DNA from: an uncultured Acidobacteriota bacterium
GTDB lineage: Bacteria; Actinomycetota; Acidimicrobiia; Acidimicrobiales; SHLQ01
DNA: 64,000 nucleotides
Direction of reading: 5' to 3'
Assembly: GCA_963738445.1 (NCBI GenBank)
Contig: CAVTWS010000007.1
Coordinates: 51,976-115,975, forward strand
The first letter of the stretch is position 1; every line of letters begins with the position of its first letter. Made by a program: the position numbers and the translations under genes. A model generated the notes under the pieces. That model ran no database searches and was not told the origin of the DNA. It saw only the letters and a program-made list of their open reading frames with translations. Positions 53,752 to 64,000 of the stretch are shown in pieces.

Positions 53752-54849
53752 GTGAAGGGTCTCATACTCTCCGGCGGCGCGGGCACTCGACTGCGCCCCA
53801 TCACCCACACCAAGGCCAAGCAGTTGGTTCCCATCGCCAACAAGCCGATCCTGTTCTACGGGATCGAGGACATGGCGGCGGCCGGGATCACCGACATCGG
53901 CATCATCATCGGCGACACCGGTGACGAAGTCCGGGCCGCCGTGGGTGACGGCTCCCGCTTCGGGGTGCACGTCACCTACATCCCCCAGGATGCCCCGCTC
54001 GGTTTGGCGCACTGCGTTCGCATCGCCCGGGAATTCCTGGGCGACGACGATTTCGTCATGTACCTCGGCGACAACATGCTCGAGCAGGGACTCACCGAAT
54101 TCGTGACCGAGTTCGAGTCGGCCCGGGCCCGGGCCGGCTCCGCCGATGGATCGGGCGCGCCGACCGCGCAGATCCTGCTGGCCGAGGTCGACAACCCGTC
54201 GTCGTTCGGTGTCGCGGAGATCGATGACCGGGGCGAGGTCGTGCGGCTGGTGGAGAAGCCCAAGGATCCACCGTCGAACCTGGCCCTGGTGGGTGTCTAC
54301 CTCTTCGACCCGACCATCCACCTCGCGGTGGCGTCGATCGAGCCGTCGCCGCGGGGTGAGCTCGAGATCACCGACGCCATCCAGTGGTTGATCGAGCACG
54401 GCTACTCCGTTCGCCACGAGGTCCTCCGTGGCTGGTGGATCGACACCGGCAAGAAGGATCCCCTGCTCGAGTGCAACCGTCTCGTGCTCGACGCGGTCGC
54501 CACCCAGATCGACGGCGAGGTCGACGACACGTCGCGGATCGAGGGCCGGGTCGCGCTGGGCGCTGGTTCGAAATTGATCAACTCCACCGTCCGCGGCCCC
54601 GCGGTGATCGGTGACGGCACCATCATCGAGGACAGCTACATCGGGCCCTACAGCTCGATCGGCGACAACTGCTCGATCGTGCGGTCCGAGCTCGACAACT
54701 CGGTGATCCTCGAGCACAGCTCGATCAGCGACATCCCCCGGCTCACCGATTCGCTGGTCGGTCACCACGTCGAGGTGGTGCGCAGCACCGCCCGCCCCAA
54801 GGCCACCCGCGTGATGCTCGGCGACCATTGCCGGGTCGAAGTCGACTGA
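53752..54849 (+). CDS. rfbA: Glucose-1-phosphate thymidylyltransferase (long form)
   Basis: GGAGTRLRPIT, KQLVPIANKP, YLGDN, EKP, RGELEIT, C-terminal beta-helix. Confidence 0.93.
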   Translation: MKGLILSGGAGTRLRPITHTKAKQLVPIANKPILFYGIEDMAAAGITDIGIIIGDTGDEVRAAVGDGSRFGVHVTYIPQDAPLGLAHCVRIAREFLGDDDFVMYLGDNMLEQGLTEFVTEFESARARAGSADGSGAPTAQILLAEVDNPSSFGVAEIDDRGEVVRLVEKPKDPPSNLALVGVYLFDPTIHLAVASIEPSPRGELEITDAIQWLIEHGYSVRHEVLRGWWIDTGKKDPLLECNRLVLDAVATQIDGEVDDTSRIEGRVALGAGSKLINSTVRGPAVIGDGTIIEDSYIGPYSSIGDNCSIVRSELDNSVILEHSSISDIPRLTDSLVGHHVEVVRSTARPKATRVMLGDHCRVEVD

Positions 54850-54906
54850 CGAACCCGGACTGACGAGCCCAAACCGACGAGCACAGGACCGAGGAGCAAC
54901 GCACCC

Positions 54907-55473
54907 ATGGCCACCATCAAGGAGTCGTCGATCATCGCCGGCGTCTTCCACGTCGCGCCCAAGCTCTTCGGCGACGAACGAGGCGTGTTCGTCGAGACCT
55001 ATCGCCGTCAATGGTTCCCCGCCGGGCGGGAGATGATCCAGGGCAACCGGGCCGATCGCATGGCGGGGTGCGTCGTCGGCCTTCACTATCACCTGCACCA
55101 GGCTGACTACTGGTACGTACCCAACGGGCGTGCCCGGGTGGTGCTCCACGATCTCCGGCACGGCTCACCGACCGACGGTGCCACCCAGATGCTCGATCTC
55201 GGTGAGGGCACCGACGGCGTCAACTCACATCACGGGGTGTACATCCCGCCCGGCATCGCTCACGGGTTCGCGTCCCTCACCGACATGACCATCACGTACC
55301 TGGTCGACGGGTACTACAACCCGGCCGACGAGCTGGGTGTCGCATGGGATGACCCCGCCATCGGAGCCGACTGGGGTGTGGTCGACCCGGTCCTGTCGAA
55401 CCGCGACCGCACCAACCCCCTCCGGACCGACATCGATGCCGCCTGGCAACCCCACGTCGCCCTGCGTACCTGA
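54907..55473 (+). CDS. rfbC: dTDP-4-dehydrorhamnose 3,5-epimerase
   Basis: DERGVFVE, GLHYH, DLR.GSPT, IPPGIAHGF, WDDP. Confidence 0.9.
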   Translation: MATIKESSIIAGVFHVAPKLFGDERGVFVETYRRQWFPAGREMIQGNRADRMAGCVVGLHYHLHQADYWYVPNGRARVVLHDLRHGSPTDGATQMLDLGEGTDGVNSHHGVYIPPGIAHGFASLTDMTITYLVDGYYNPADELGVAWDDPAIGADWGVVDPVLSNRDRTNPLRTDIDAAWQPHVALRT

Positions 55474-55533
55474 TCTGATCCGCGCCGCCGCCCCCGTGCG
55501 GGCGGTCGCTCTCCCCTGGAGCTGTCACCTCTC

Positions 55534-56493
55534 ATGAAGCTGTTCGTCACCGGCGCTGCCGGTTTCATCGGGTCGAACTTCGTCCGCCATCTCCTGAGCT
55601 CGAGCGACGACGAGGTGACCGTCTACGACTCCCTCACCTACGCCGGCAACCTCGACAACCTGCGTGACCTCGAGGGCCATCCCCGGTTCCGGTTCGTGCG
55701 GGGCGACATCTGTGACCGTCCGGCGGCGCTGGCGGCCATGGACGGACACGACCAGGTGGTCCACTTCGCGGCCGAGAGCCACGTCGACAACTCGATCAAG
55801 AACCCGGACGTGTTCGTCCGCACGAACTGCGACGGCACCAACGTCATGTGCGACACCGCTCGCCAGGTCGGCGTCGAGCGCTTCCTGCACATCTCGACCG
55901 ACGAGGTCTACGGGTCGATCGACGAGGGCTCGTTCCGGGAGACCGACGGTCTCGGGCCGCGTTCGCCGTACTCGGCCTCCAAGGCCGGCTCGGACCTGAT
56001 CGCCCTCTCCTACCACTCGACGTACGGGCTGCCCGTGGTCGTCACCCGCTCGTCGAACCAGTTCGGGCCCTTTCAGTTCCCCGAGAAGGTGATCCCGCTG
56101 TTCGTCACGAACCTGCTCGACGGCCAGAAGGTTCCGCTGTACGGCGACGGCATGAACGTTCGTGACTGGCTGTTCGTGCTCGACAACTGTGCCGCCGTCG
56201 AGCTCGTGCTGCGCTCGGGCACGCTCGGGGAGATCTACAACATCGGTGCCGGGAACGAAGTTCCGAACCGGGAGCTCACCGAACGCATCCTGGCCCTGAC
56301 CGGAAGCGGCGAGGAGATGATCCAGTACGTGGAGGATCGCCTGGGCCACGACCGCCGGTACTCGGTCGCCACCGACAAGGTCGAGGCGCTCGGGTGGAAG
56401 CCCCAACGCGAACTCGGCGAGGCGCTCGAGGAGACGGTGGCCTGGTACCGCGACAACCGCTGGTGGTGGGAACCGCTGAAGGCGGGTCGCTGA
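55534..56493 (+). CDS. rfbB: dTDP-glucose 4,6-dehydratase
   Basis: GAAGFIGSN, AAESHVD, STDEVYG, YSASK, RLGHDRRY. Confidence 0.95.
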   Translation: MKLFVTGAAGFIGSNFVRHLLSSSDDEVTVYDSLTYAGNLDNLRDLEGHPRFRFVRGDICDRPAALAAMDGHDQVVHFAAESHVDNSIKNPDVFVRTNCDGTNVMCDTARQVGVERFLHISTDEVYGSIDEGSFRETDGLGPRSPYSASKAGSDLIALSYHSTYGLPVVVTRSSNQFGPFQFPEKVIPLFVTNLLDGQKVPLYGDGMNVRDWLFVLDNCAAVELVLRSGTLGEIYNIGAGNEVPNRELTERILALTGSGEEMIQYVEDRLGHDRRYSVATDKVEALGWKPQRELGEALEETVAWYRDNRWWWEPLKAGR

Positions 56494-56494
56494 C

Positions 56495-57352
56495 GTGGCG
56501 GGTCGGCGGCCGGTCGTCGCCGTGACCGGCGCGGCGGGGCAGCTGGGTATCGACGTGTGCCGGGCCTTCGACCCGACCCATGACGTCGTGGCCCTCGACC
56601 GAGCCGCGCTCGACATCGGCGATCGCGGCATGGTGCTCGGCACCATCGGCTCGGTTCGTCCGGATCTCGTGGTCAACTGTGCGGCCTGGACGGCGGTCGA
56701 TGCGTGCGAATCGGAGCCCGATCGCGCCTACCGGGACAACGCCCTCGGCGCCCGGCATGTCGCCGAGGCCTGCCGTCGTTTCGACGCCCACCTCGTCCAC
56801 GTCTCCACCGACTACGTCTTCGACGGCACCCAGCCCGAGCCGTACACCGAATGGGACACCCCGGCTCCGGCGTCGGTCTACGGTGCCTCGAAGCTGGCCG
56901 GTGAGCGGGAGATCGATCCCGGGTTCACCGTCGTGCGCTCGGCGTGGGTGGTGGGTCCCCACGGCGCCAACATGGTCAAGACGGTGCTCCGGCTGCTCGA
57001 CACCATGCCGGTGCTGCGGTTCGTGTCGGATCAGCGGGGGTGCCCGACCTTCACGGGAGATCTCGCCGGGATCCTGCGCCAGCTCGCGGTGGAGCGTCGG
57101 CCCGGCCTGTTCCACGCCACCAATCAGGGCGCCGTGTCGTGGTACGACTTCGTTCGTGAGGTCGTCGCCGCCGCCGGCGAGGACCCATCGCGGGTGGAAG
57201 CCATCGTGACGGCCGATCTCGATCCGCCTCGCCCGGCGCCCCGGCCCGCCAACTCGGTGCTCGACAACGCGGCGCTCCGGTTGTCCGGGGTGCCCCTCTT
57301 GCGTGATTTCCGTGAGCCGCTGGCCGAAACCGTCGCCCTACTCCGCGCCTGA
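56495..57352 (+). CDS. rfbD: dTDP-4-dehydrorhamnose reductase
   Basis: GAAGQLG, NCAAWTAVD, STDYVFDG, YGASKLAGE, PAPRP. Confidence 0.95.
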   Translation: MAGRRPVVAVTGAAGQLGIDVCRAFDPTHDVVALDRAALDIGDRGMVLGTIGSVRPDLVVNCAAWTAVDACESEPDRAYRDNALGARHVAEACRRFDAHLVHVSTDYVFDGTQPEPYTEWDTPAPASVYGASKLAGEREIDPGFTVVRSAWVVGPHGANMVKTVLRLLDTMPVLRFVSDQRGCPTFTGDLAGILRQLAVERRPGLFHATNQGAVSWYDFVREVVAAAGEDPSRVEAIVTADLDPPRPAPRPANSVLDNAALRLSGVPLLRDFREPLAETVALLRA

Positions 57353-57380
57353 CGGTGCGGTGATGCGCCGACGGGAGGGT

Positions 57381-59234
57381 TCAGCGCGTGGACTGCGCCG
57401 GTGATTCGAACAGCTGGCAGCCGAGCACGACCCACTGGTCCGGCGGCTCGGGTTCGATGAGCGTCGGGGTTCTCGCTTCGTCGAGACCTTCGGCGCAGAT
57501 GGCGTGCAGGCCCGGAGGAACCATGACCGGGGCGGCGAACCCGATGGTGAGCGACGAGTCGGTGGCCGCGGGGCCGTGGTTGGTGGGCTGATTGGCCAGG
57601 ACCACGGCGACGGGAAGTCCGTCGATCGTGACCCGGACCTGGACGACGGGCGGATCGCCGTCGGCGACCTCACCTTCGGCGACCCCGCGGTCGCCGATGG
57701 GGCGGTCGGTGTCGACCGCCCATCCCAGAGCCAGCTGGCCGAGCTCGCCGCCGACGATCGCCGCTGCGCCCCGGGGCACGCCAGGGGCGTCAGCTCGCAC
57801 CGGCGGATGGTCCGCGAGGACGGCTCCGATCAGATCGGGCGGAGCCGGCTCGGTTGGGCCTGTACTGGCCGGATCGGCACTGGCTGGATCGGTACTGGCT
57901 GGATCCGGGCTGGCCGCCGGGTCTGTGCTGGCCGGGGCTGGCTCCAACGGCTGAGCGAGCGACAGGCTCAACTCGGGGATGGCAATGACCGCGACGGTGA
58001 ACCGGGTCGACAGCAGAAGTTGGTCGCCGCGACCGGCGTCGGAGAGGCCGGCGTTGAGCAGATCCCGCAGCTGTCGGCCCGCGATCTGCGCTTCACCGGT
58101 CGTGCCGACGATGTGGACGAGGGCCTGGTCGATGCGACCGGACAACCCGGTCGGGCCGATCACCGACAGGGTCACCAGGTCGCCGATGTCGCCGGTCGCG
58201 GGTCGGAGCCACGCCGTCGCCTCGGCCCCCGGAATGGAGCGTTGCCACACCGCGTTGGGGTTCTGGTACGCGTCCCACGGGTCGACGTAGGCCGCGGCGA
58301 TGTCGTCGGGGCCACCGAAGACGTACGAGCCGGAGTCAGACCAGCCGCCGTTCGACGAGCTGTAGAACGCCAGGACCGGTCGCCCCTGTCTCGCCACGTA
58401 CTGGCCCGATGTGGCATCGACTGCGGTCATCCAGGCGGCGGCCCCGGGCGCCGCCTCCTTGTCGTACCCGGCGTAGACCTGATCGGCGGTGGTCGCCACG
58501 AGGTCGTACGGGGAGCCGGCGCTGCGGCTGGTAGCGGCGCGGTGGGCGGCATAGCTGCGGGCCGCCAAGGCCTGAGCCTGCAACGCCGCGGCCGGCCACC
58601 CGGCGGGCATCTCGGCCAACCCGTAGAGGTACTGGTCAGGGGTCAGGCCCTCCACGGCGACGGAGATGCCGGCTCCGTCGGGGCGCAGGACGAGGCTGCC
58701 CCGGTGGTAGTGCCGGCCGGTCGTGCTCAACGTAACGGGCTGGCCCTCGGCGAGCGGCAGGCGTACCACCGCACCGACACAGGCTCCGGGATCGCAGACA
58801 CCGGGCAGCTCGACGTTGACGACCGGGACCAGGCTGTCGGTGCGGTAGGCGTGGAGCACCGCGCCTCCGGGCGCCAGAGCAGCCTGCTCGTCGGCCAGGA
58901 CCAGGAGCGGGCCGCTGGTGGTCACATCGACGGTCGGGGCGGTACCGAGGTGAACCCGAAGGTCGGTGATCTCGCTGGCGATCGGGCCGACGGTGGAACC
59001 GGGGTAGTAGGCCGTGACGATCTCGGTCGCTGATGCGCCCGCGACGGCCCGGCCGTAGGCGCCGTACTGGCTCATACCGACGCCGTGGCCCCACCCGCCA
59101 CCGCGGATCACGACGACCGCCGCCTGGGTCTGGCCGATGGCCGGCTCGCCGATGAGGCCGAGCGGGAGCAGCGTCGCGGCAACCGCCAGCGCCAGGCGTC
59201 GCCGGGTGGTCGCGCTCGCGGCTCGATTCGACAT
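57381..59234 (-). CDS. SpoIID/LytB-domain cell-wall lytic enzyme (paralogue 1)
   Basis: Signal peptide, GGGWGHGVGMSQYGA, YLYGLAEMP.GWP.AALQAQ, DQVY, FYSSSNGG; PAST-rich linker and one C-terminal repeat. Confidence 0.88.
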   Translation of the reverse strand: MSNRAASATTRRRLALAVAATLLPLGLIGEPAIGQTQAAVVVIRGGGWGHGVGMSQYGAYGRAVAGASATEIVTAYYPGSTVGPIASEITDLRVHLGTAPTVDVTTSGPLLVLADEQAALAPGGAVLHAYRTDSLVPVVNVELPGVCDPGACVGAVVRLPLAEGQPVTLSTTGRHYHRGSLVLRPDGAGISVAVEGLTPDQYLYGLAEMPAGWPAAALQAQALAARSYAAHRAATSRSAGSPYDLVATTADQVYAGYDKEAAPGAAAWMTAVDATSGQYVARQGRPVLAFYSSSNGGWSDSGSYVFGGPDDIAAAYVDPWDAYQNPNAVWQRSIPGAEATAWLRPATGDIGDLVTLSVIGPTGLSGRIDQALVHIVGTTGEAQIAGRQLRDLLNAGLSDAGRGDQLLLSTRFTVAVIAIPELSLSLAQPLEPAPASTDPAASPDPASTDPASADPASTGPTEPAPPDLIGAVLADHPPVRADAPGVPRGAAAIVGGELGQLALGWAVDTDRPIGDRGVAEGEVADGDPPVVQVRVTIDGLPVAVVLANQPTNHGPAATDSSLTIGFAAPVMVPPGLHAICAEGLDEARTPTLIEPEPPDQWVVLGCQLFESPAQSTR

Positions 59235-59283
59235 CGTGGTTCCGCCTCGCATGATGGCCGGCAGGTTAACGGAAGTTCCCGCG

Positions 59284-59331
59284 TTCTGGGAGACATGCCG
59301 GTCGCCACGGCGACCGGCATGTCTCCCAGAA
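59284..59331. repeat. Perfect 48-bp palindrome (23-bp arms), REP-like
   Basis: TTCTGGGAGACATGCCGGTCGCC-AC-GGCGACCGGCATGTCTCCCAGAA. Confidence 0.9.
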
Positions 59332-59345
59332 GGGATCAGAGGGGA

Positions 59346-61886
59346 TCACAGTTGGACGGTTCGGCACGCCATGTTGGGATTCACCGTGCCGGGCCCGGCG
59401 TTGATGCCGAAGATGCACACCTGGTGCCGGCCGGGAGTGGGGGCGGGCACGGTGAACGAGAATCCGGTCGACGGTCCCAACCCGTGCGCGGCGGCGACAT
59501 CGGGTCGGGCGAGGCCGGTGCTGCCGGCACCGGCCACCCGGCCGTCGACGTAGACGTGCACGCCGATGGAACCCGTCGGCGCGTCACGGTCGACCGCCCA
59601 CCCCGACACCCGGAGCTGGCCCTCTTCGAGTACCGCAGCGTCGATCGAGCCCACCGGACGGCGGTCGAGCTGGTCGAGGGTGCGGCAGCCCAGGGCCGGG
59701 TTCACGCCGCCGGGTCCGATGTTGATGGCATACAGGCAGATCGGGGCGTTTGACGGGAGACCGGCCGGGATGGGGATGGTGGTGTCGAAGCCGTAGTTGC
59801 CGCGCACGCGGAAGGCCGCGGCGACATCGGCGCGGAAGGTGGACGCCGGGGCCGCGGCGAGGAATGCTCCGCCGGCCCAGATGTGGATCTCGGTGGAACC
59901 GTCGAGATCGTTGCCGTCGGCGGTCCAGCCAGCGAAGCGCACCGTCGTCGGCGATGCTTCGGCGATGTCGATCGTGCCGATCGGTGGGCGCTCGAGCTGC
60001 TCCAGGGTGCGGCAGGTGATCGCCGGGTTGGCCGATCCCGGCCCGGCGTTGATGGCGTACAGGCAGATCGGGGCGTTCAGCGGCAGCCCGGGTGGGATGT
60101 CGACGGTGATCGAGTACCCGTGGTTGGGGCCGACCGAGAACGCGGCTCCGACATCGGGCCGCGCCAGGTCGGCGACCTGCCCACCGAGCAGCGAACCGGC
60201 CGCCCAGGCGTGGACCTCGGCCGGGGTGGTGGGCGCGTCGGGGTCGAAGACCCAACCCGAGAAGCTGACCGTGCGCTGCGTTGCAGTGGCCGATTCGTTG
60301 TTGCCGAACGGGATGCGGTCGGTCACGGTCACCGTTCGGCAACCGAGCGCCGGATTCGGCTCGGGAGGTCCGACGTTGATCACGAACACGCACACCGAAT
60401 GGGTGCCCGGGGAGGCCCGGAACGCAATGTCGAAGCCGCTGAGCACGGCGGTGCCGGTGAGTGAGGCGACGTCGTCCCGGTCGAGCGTGGGGTTGCCGAC
60501 CGTGGCGAAGACACCGTCGACGTAGACGTGGACCTCCACCGGGGTCGCGGAGTTGCGGTCGACGGCCCAGCCCGATGCGACCACGGCGGGCCCGGACTGG
60601 CGCAGCGACTCGAAAGAGCCCTCGGGGGAGTAGGACACGTTGGCGATCGAGTAGCTGGTGGACAGCAGTTGGCGGCTCAAGCCGCCACCGTCGGCGGTGA
60701 TGCCGGCGTTGACGACGGTCCGGAACCGGGAGCCGGTGACGGTCTTGGTGCCCACCGAGCCGATCAAACGCACGTTGGCCCGGTCGTTGCGACCCGACAC
60801 CCCGAACTGTCCCGTCATCTCGATGGCCCGGATCGTCCCGATGCTGGTGTCGGTCGCGGCGGCCAACCAGCGGCTCAGGTCGGCGATGGTGTACTGGCGT
60901 TCCCAGGAGCCGAACGGGTTCTGATGGGAGTCGAACGGGTCGGGCACGCCGCGGGCGTAGGGGAGCGACTCGGTGAAGACGTACTCGCTGTGCTCGGAGT
61001 GACCGCCGTTGGACGACGTGTAGAAGGCGGTGATCGGTGCGCCGCCGTTGGTGAGCACCTGGCCGGCGGTGGCGTCGACGGCGGCCACCCAATTGGAACC
61101 CTGTGCGCCCCGTTCCTTGTCGTAGCCGCTGAAGGCCTGGTCGGACGTGGTGGCGAAGAGGTCGAACGGTGAACCCGACGCGCGCCGCGAGATGACGCGG
61201 GACTGGGCGTAGGAACGACCGGCGATCGCCTGGGCCTGGAGGGTCGCCGCCGGCCAACTCGAGGGGACCTCGGCCAGGCCGTACAGGTACTGGTCCATCG
61301 TGAGCGAATCGTTCAGGATCAGCATTGACGTTCCGTCCGGAATGATGCGCAGGCGGCCCCGGTGGTAACGGTTGCCGGTCGCGGAGACTCGCACCGGCTG
61401 ATCGACGGTGAGCGGGCTCACCAACTCGGCCCCGACGCAGGCCCCGGGCGCGCAGATGCCGTTCACCTCGACCTGGATCGCCGACCCCGTGTAGACGACC
61501 CGGACCGACGAACCGGCCGCCGCGGAGCCCCGGTTCACGCCGTCGAGGATGATCGGAAGCGGGGCGGTGGGCTCGAGGATGACATCGTTCTGGCGGCCCA
61601 GCCGGATGCGCAGATCGTTGGTCACGGCATAGGGACCCAGAGTGGTGTTCTGGTAGTAGTGCGCGAGAATCTGGGCCGCGGACTGCCCTGCCGCGCCGCG
61701 CCCGAACGCGCCGTACTGGCTCATCCCGACCCCGTGACCCCAGCCGCCACCGCGGATGACGATGGGGTCCGACAAGGTCGAGGTCGGCGTCTGGGCCGCG
61801 GCGAGCGGGGCCGATCCGACGGTGACGAGGATCGACGCGGCGATCACGCCGAGGGTGGTGAGGGCAGCAAGGACGGAGCGGCGCAT
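59346..61886 (-). CDS. SpoIID/LytB-domain protein with four C-terminal ~95-aa repeats (paralogue 2)
   Basis: GGGWGHGVGMSQYGA, YLYGLAEVPSSWP, FYTSSNGG; four repeats of GW..D...R.DV...C...IN.GP..NP...CRT. Confidence 0.88.
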   Translation of the reverse strand: MRRSVLAALTTLGVIAASILVTVGSAPLAAAQTPTSTLSDPIVIRGGGWGHGVGMSQYGAFGRGAAGQSAAQILAHYYQNTTLGPYAVTNDLRIRLGRQNDVILEPTAPLPIILDGVNRGSAAAGSSVRVVYTGSAIQVEVNGICAPGACVGAELVSPLTVDQPVRVSATGNRYHRGRLRIIPDGTSMLILNDSLTMDQYLYGLAEVPSSWPAATLQAQAIAGRSYAQSRVISRRASGSPFDLFATTSDQAFSGYDKERGAQGSNWVAAVDATAGQVLTNGGAPITAFYTSSNGGHSEHSEYVFTESLPYARGVPDPFDSHQNPFGSWERQYTIADLSRWLAAATDTSIGTIRAIEMTGQFGVSGRNDRANVRLIGSVGTKTVTGSRFRTVVNAGITADGGGLSRQLLSTSYSIANVSYSPEGSFESLRQSGPAVVASGWAVDRNSATPVEVHVYVDGVFATVGNPTLDRDDVASLTGTAVLSGFDIAFRASPGTHSVCVFVINVGPPEPNPALGCRTVTVTDRIPFGNNESATATQRTVSFSGWVFDPDAPTTPAEVHAWAAGSLLGGQVADLARPDVGAAFSVGPNHGYSITVDIPPGLPLNAPICLYAINAGPGSANPAITCRTLEQLERPPIGTIDIAEASPTTVRFAGWTADGNDLDGSTEIHIWAGGAFLAAAPASTFRADVAAAFRVRGNYGFDTTIPIPAGLPSNAPICLYAINIGPGGVNPALGCRTLDQLDRRPVGSIDAAVLEEGQLRVSGWAVDRDAPTGSIGVHVYVDGRVAGAGSTGLARPDVAAAHGLGPSTGFSFTVPAPTPGRHQVCIFGINAGPGTVNPNMACRTVQL

Positions 61887-61978
61887 GGCGACACGGCCCG
61901 GCCCAGAGGAGAAATGTTCACGCATAGCAGCGGACACACTACTTGTCGCGGTCGTGCCTGCTGGGGCACCCCACACGA

Positions 61979-63154
61979 TCAGGGAACGCGCTGCTCGACC
62001 TCGACCGGCACGGCGATGGTGGTGACGGGCGGAACGTCCATGTCCGCGGGCCGGACCCCGATGGGGGCTCGACCCCCGGCGAGCACCTCGCCGGTGGTGC
62101 TGACGACCCGAGCCTCGATGGCATACCGGCCCGGGGGAAGCGGCAACGCCGGGAGCCGGAGCGCCACCTTGGACAACCCGATCCCGGCGATGTCGACGGT
62201 GGCCCGGAACGGCATCTCGCCCTGCTGGTAGCGGAAGCGGATGTCGACGCTCGCGGCGTCGACGAGGAGCGGGCTGGCCACGTGGAAGCTCACCGGCAGG
62301 CCGGCGTAGACGAGGTCGTTGCCCTCGAGGGACTCGACCCGCACGGTCGCCGGTTCGGGGAAGTTGCCGCGATCGATCTCGTCGCTCGCACCAGTCATGT
62401 AGTCGAGGTATTCGTGGACGATCTCCACCGGCTCGCCGATCGCACGAACCTGGCCGTGGTCGAGCCAGACGACCTGGTCACTCAGGCGCTGGACCAACGC
62501 CAGGTCGTGGCTGACGATGACGATGGTCATGCCCGAGGCCACCAACCGGGCCAGGTGGTCGCGGCACTGGCGCTCGAACCGGGCGTCGCCGACCGAGATG
62601 ATCTCGTCGAGCAGCAGGATCTCGGGGTCGAGGTGCACCGAGATGGCGAACCCCAGGCGGGCACGCATGCCCGAGGAGTACACCTCGACGGGGGAATCGA
62701 TGAACTGGCCGATGTCGGCCATGTCGATGACGGAACCGGCGATGGCATCGATGTCCTCGCGCTCCATCCCCATGATGGCGCCGTTCATGTAGATGTTCTC
62801 GCGCCCGGAGAGCTCGTCGTGGAAGCCGGCGCCGAGCTCGAGGAGAGCGGTGACCCGGCCCCGGGTGACGACCTGCCCGTTGGTCGGGCGGTACACGCCG
62901 GCCAGGACCCGCAACATGGTCGACTTCCCGGAGCCGTTGTGCCCGATGATGCTGGTGATGGAGCCCTTCGGCACGGTGAACGAGACATCCTGGAGGGCCC
63001 AGAAGACCTCGGGACGGGCTCGATGGAAGCCCGTGAGCACGCCTCGCAACGAGCGTCCGCGTTCCTTGTAGAGACGGAAGCTCTTCGACACCCCGGCGAG
63101 CTCGATCGCCGGTTCTCGGACCGAGCGCGTCGGGTGATCGGGATCGATGCTCAT
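61979..63154 (-). CDS. Wzt/TagH-type polysaccharide ABC exporter ATPase with a C-terminal extension
   Basis: FWALQDVSF, GHNGSGKST, YSSGMRARLGF, LLDE, VSH; ATG overlaps the permease stop. Confidence 0.92.
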   Translation of the reverse strand: MSIDPDHPTRSVREPAIELAGVSKSFRLYKERGRSLRGVLTGFHRARPEVFWALQDVSFTVPKGSITSIIGHNGSGKSTMLRVLAGVYRPTNGQVVTRGRVTALLELGAGFHDELSGRENIYMNGAIMGMEREDIDAIAGSVIDMADIGQFIDSPVEVYSSGMRARLGFAISVHLDPEILLLDEIISVGDARFERQCRDHLARLVASGMTIVIVSHDLALVQRLSDQVVWLDHGQVRAIGEPVEIVHEYLDYMTGASDEIDRGNFPEPATVRVESLEGNDLVYAGLPVSFHVASPLLVDAASVDIRFRYQQGEMPFRATVDIAGIGLSKVALRLPALPLPPGRYAIEARVVSTTGEVLAGGRAPIGVRPADMDVPPVTTIAVPVEVEQRVP

Positions 63155-64000
63155 ACGCCCTCGCTCGCGTTCGGAGCCAGGCGGGCGAAGGAGCTCCAGC
63201 CGACGACGAAGGTGACGACCGCCGCGACCACCATGATCGACCACAGCTTGAGGTCCGGCCACTGGAGCACGTAGGTGCACCGACGGGCGGCATCGACGAA
63301 GTGGGTCACCGGGTTCAACTTCAACACGAACTCGAGGTCGAGACCCCACAAGGACTTCCCCTCGACCAGCTCGGCGGGGTACACGAGCGGCGTGAGGTAG
63401 AAGAACAGGCGAAGGAACACCGCGTAGAGGTAGCCGACATCGCGGTACCGGATGTTGGCGACGGCCAGGAGCAGACCGACCCCGAGGCCGAAGACGGCGG
63501 TCAGGAACAGGACCGGGATGAGGCCGAGGAAGCTGGTACCGATGTTGCCGTACGCGACGTACGCAACGATCAGGACACCGAGCTCGACGCCGTTCATCGT
63601 CACCGAGGTCAAGGCCCGGGCGAACAGCGGCGCGGCGGGCGGGAAGTACACCCGCTGGCGCAGGTGGATCGACTGGGCGAAGGCGTGCATCACGTCGGTC
63701 GACGTGATGGAGAACACGTTCCAGATCACCAGGCCCGAGATGAGGTAGTGGGCGAACGATTTGAGGTCGTTGGCGCCGACGGTCACGGTCTCGTTGGCGC
63801 CGAGGATGAGCCCGAACACGGTGCCGTAGATGAGGAGCGTGGTGAGCGGATTGAGCACCGACCAGATCCAGCCGAGGAAGCTGCGGTTGTACTGGGTCCG
63901 GAGCTCTCGCCGCCACGTGTGCCGGATGAAGGGCCAGTAGCGGACGGTCTCGACGAACTCGGCGAGGACGCCGCGTTGTTCGGCTGTGTGTTGGGTCGTG
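63151..64000 (-). CDS. Wzm/TagG-type ABC-2 permease (5' end outside the window)
   Basis: RELRTQYNRSFLGWIWSVLNPL, RVYFP, YRDV, FYLTPLVYP, LNP. Confidence 0.9.
   Translation of the reverse strand, partial: TTQHTAEQRGVLAEFVETVRYWPFIRHTWRRELRTQYNRSFLGWIWSVLNPLTTLLIYGTVFGLILGANETVTVGANDLKSFAHYLISGLVIWNVFSITSTDVMHAFAQSIHLRQRVYFPPAAPLFARALTSVTMNGVELGVLIVAYVAYGNIGTSFLGLIPVLFLTAVFGLGVGLLLAVANIRYRDVGYLYAVFLRLFFYLTPLVYPAELVEGKSLWGLDLEFVLKLNPVTHFVDAARRCTYVLQWPDLKLWSIMVVAAVVTFVVGWSSFARLAPNASEGV

Overview
High-GC actinobacterial chromosome segment; gene content and order suggest Acidimicrobiia (inference). It contains two glycosylation cassettes (GT2, GT-C-like membrane protein, methyltransferase; one also has an epimerase and a DegT aminotransferase), a split Suf locus with two sufC copies and no sufB, vapBC, several secreted VWA/Ig-like proteins, aceE, lpdA, dlaT and a probable lipB-lipA fusion, an RNase H-SLOG fusion, a GGDEF protein, an RNase/barstar pair, metH, pduO, pepA, a sirtuin, moeB, rfbACBD, two SpoIID/LytB paralogues and wzt/wzm. 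Many core genes are frameshifted in patches, most likely long-read indel errors. No rRNA, tRNA, CRISPR array or intact transposase was seen. The strongest unexplained signals are: (1) an intergenic ~260-nt structured RNA-like element at ~20030-20291 that starts with 21 nt complementary to the 16S rRNA 3' end, followed by a CTG-initiated 14-codon ORF; (2) three palindromic elements of exactly 48 bp with shared TTCTGGG...CC(C/T)AGAA ends but different cores; (3) recurrent short duplications that copy stop codons at gene junctions. All family assignments come from motif recognition by eye; no searches were run.
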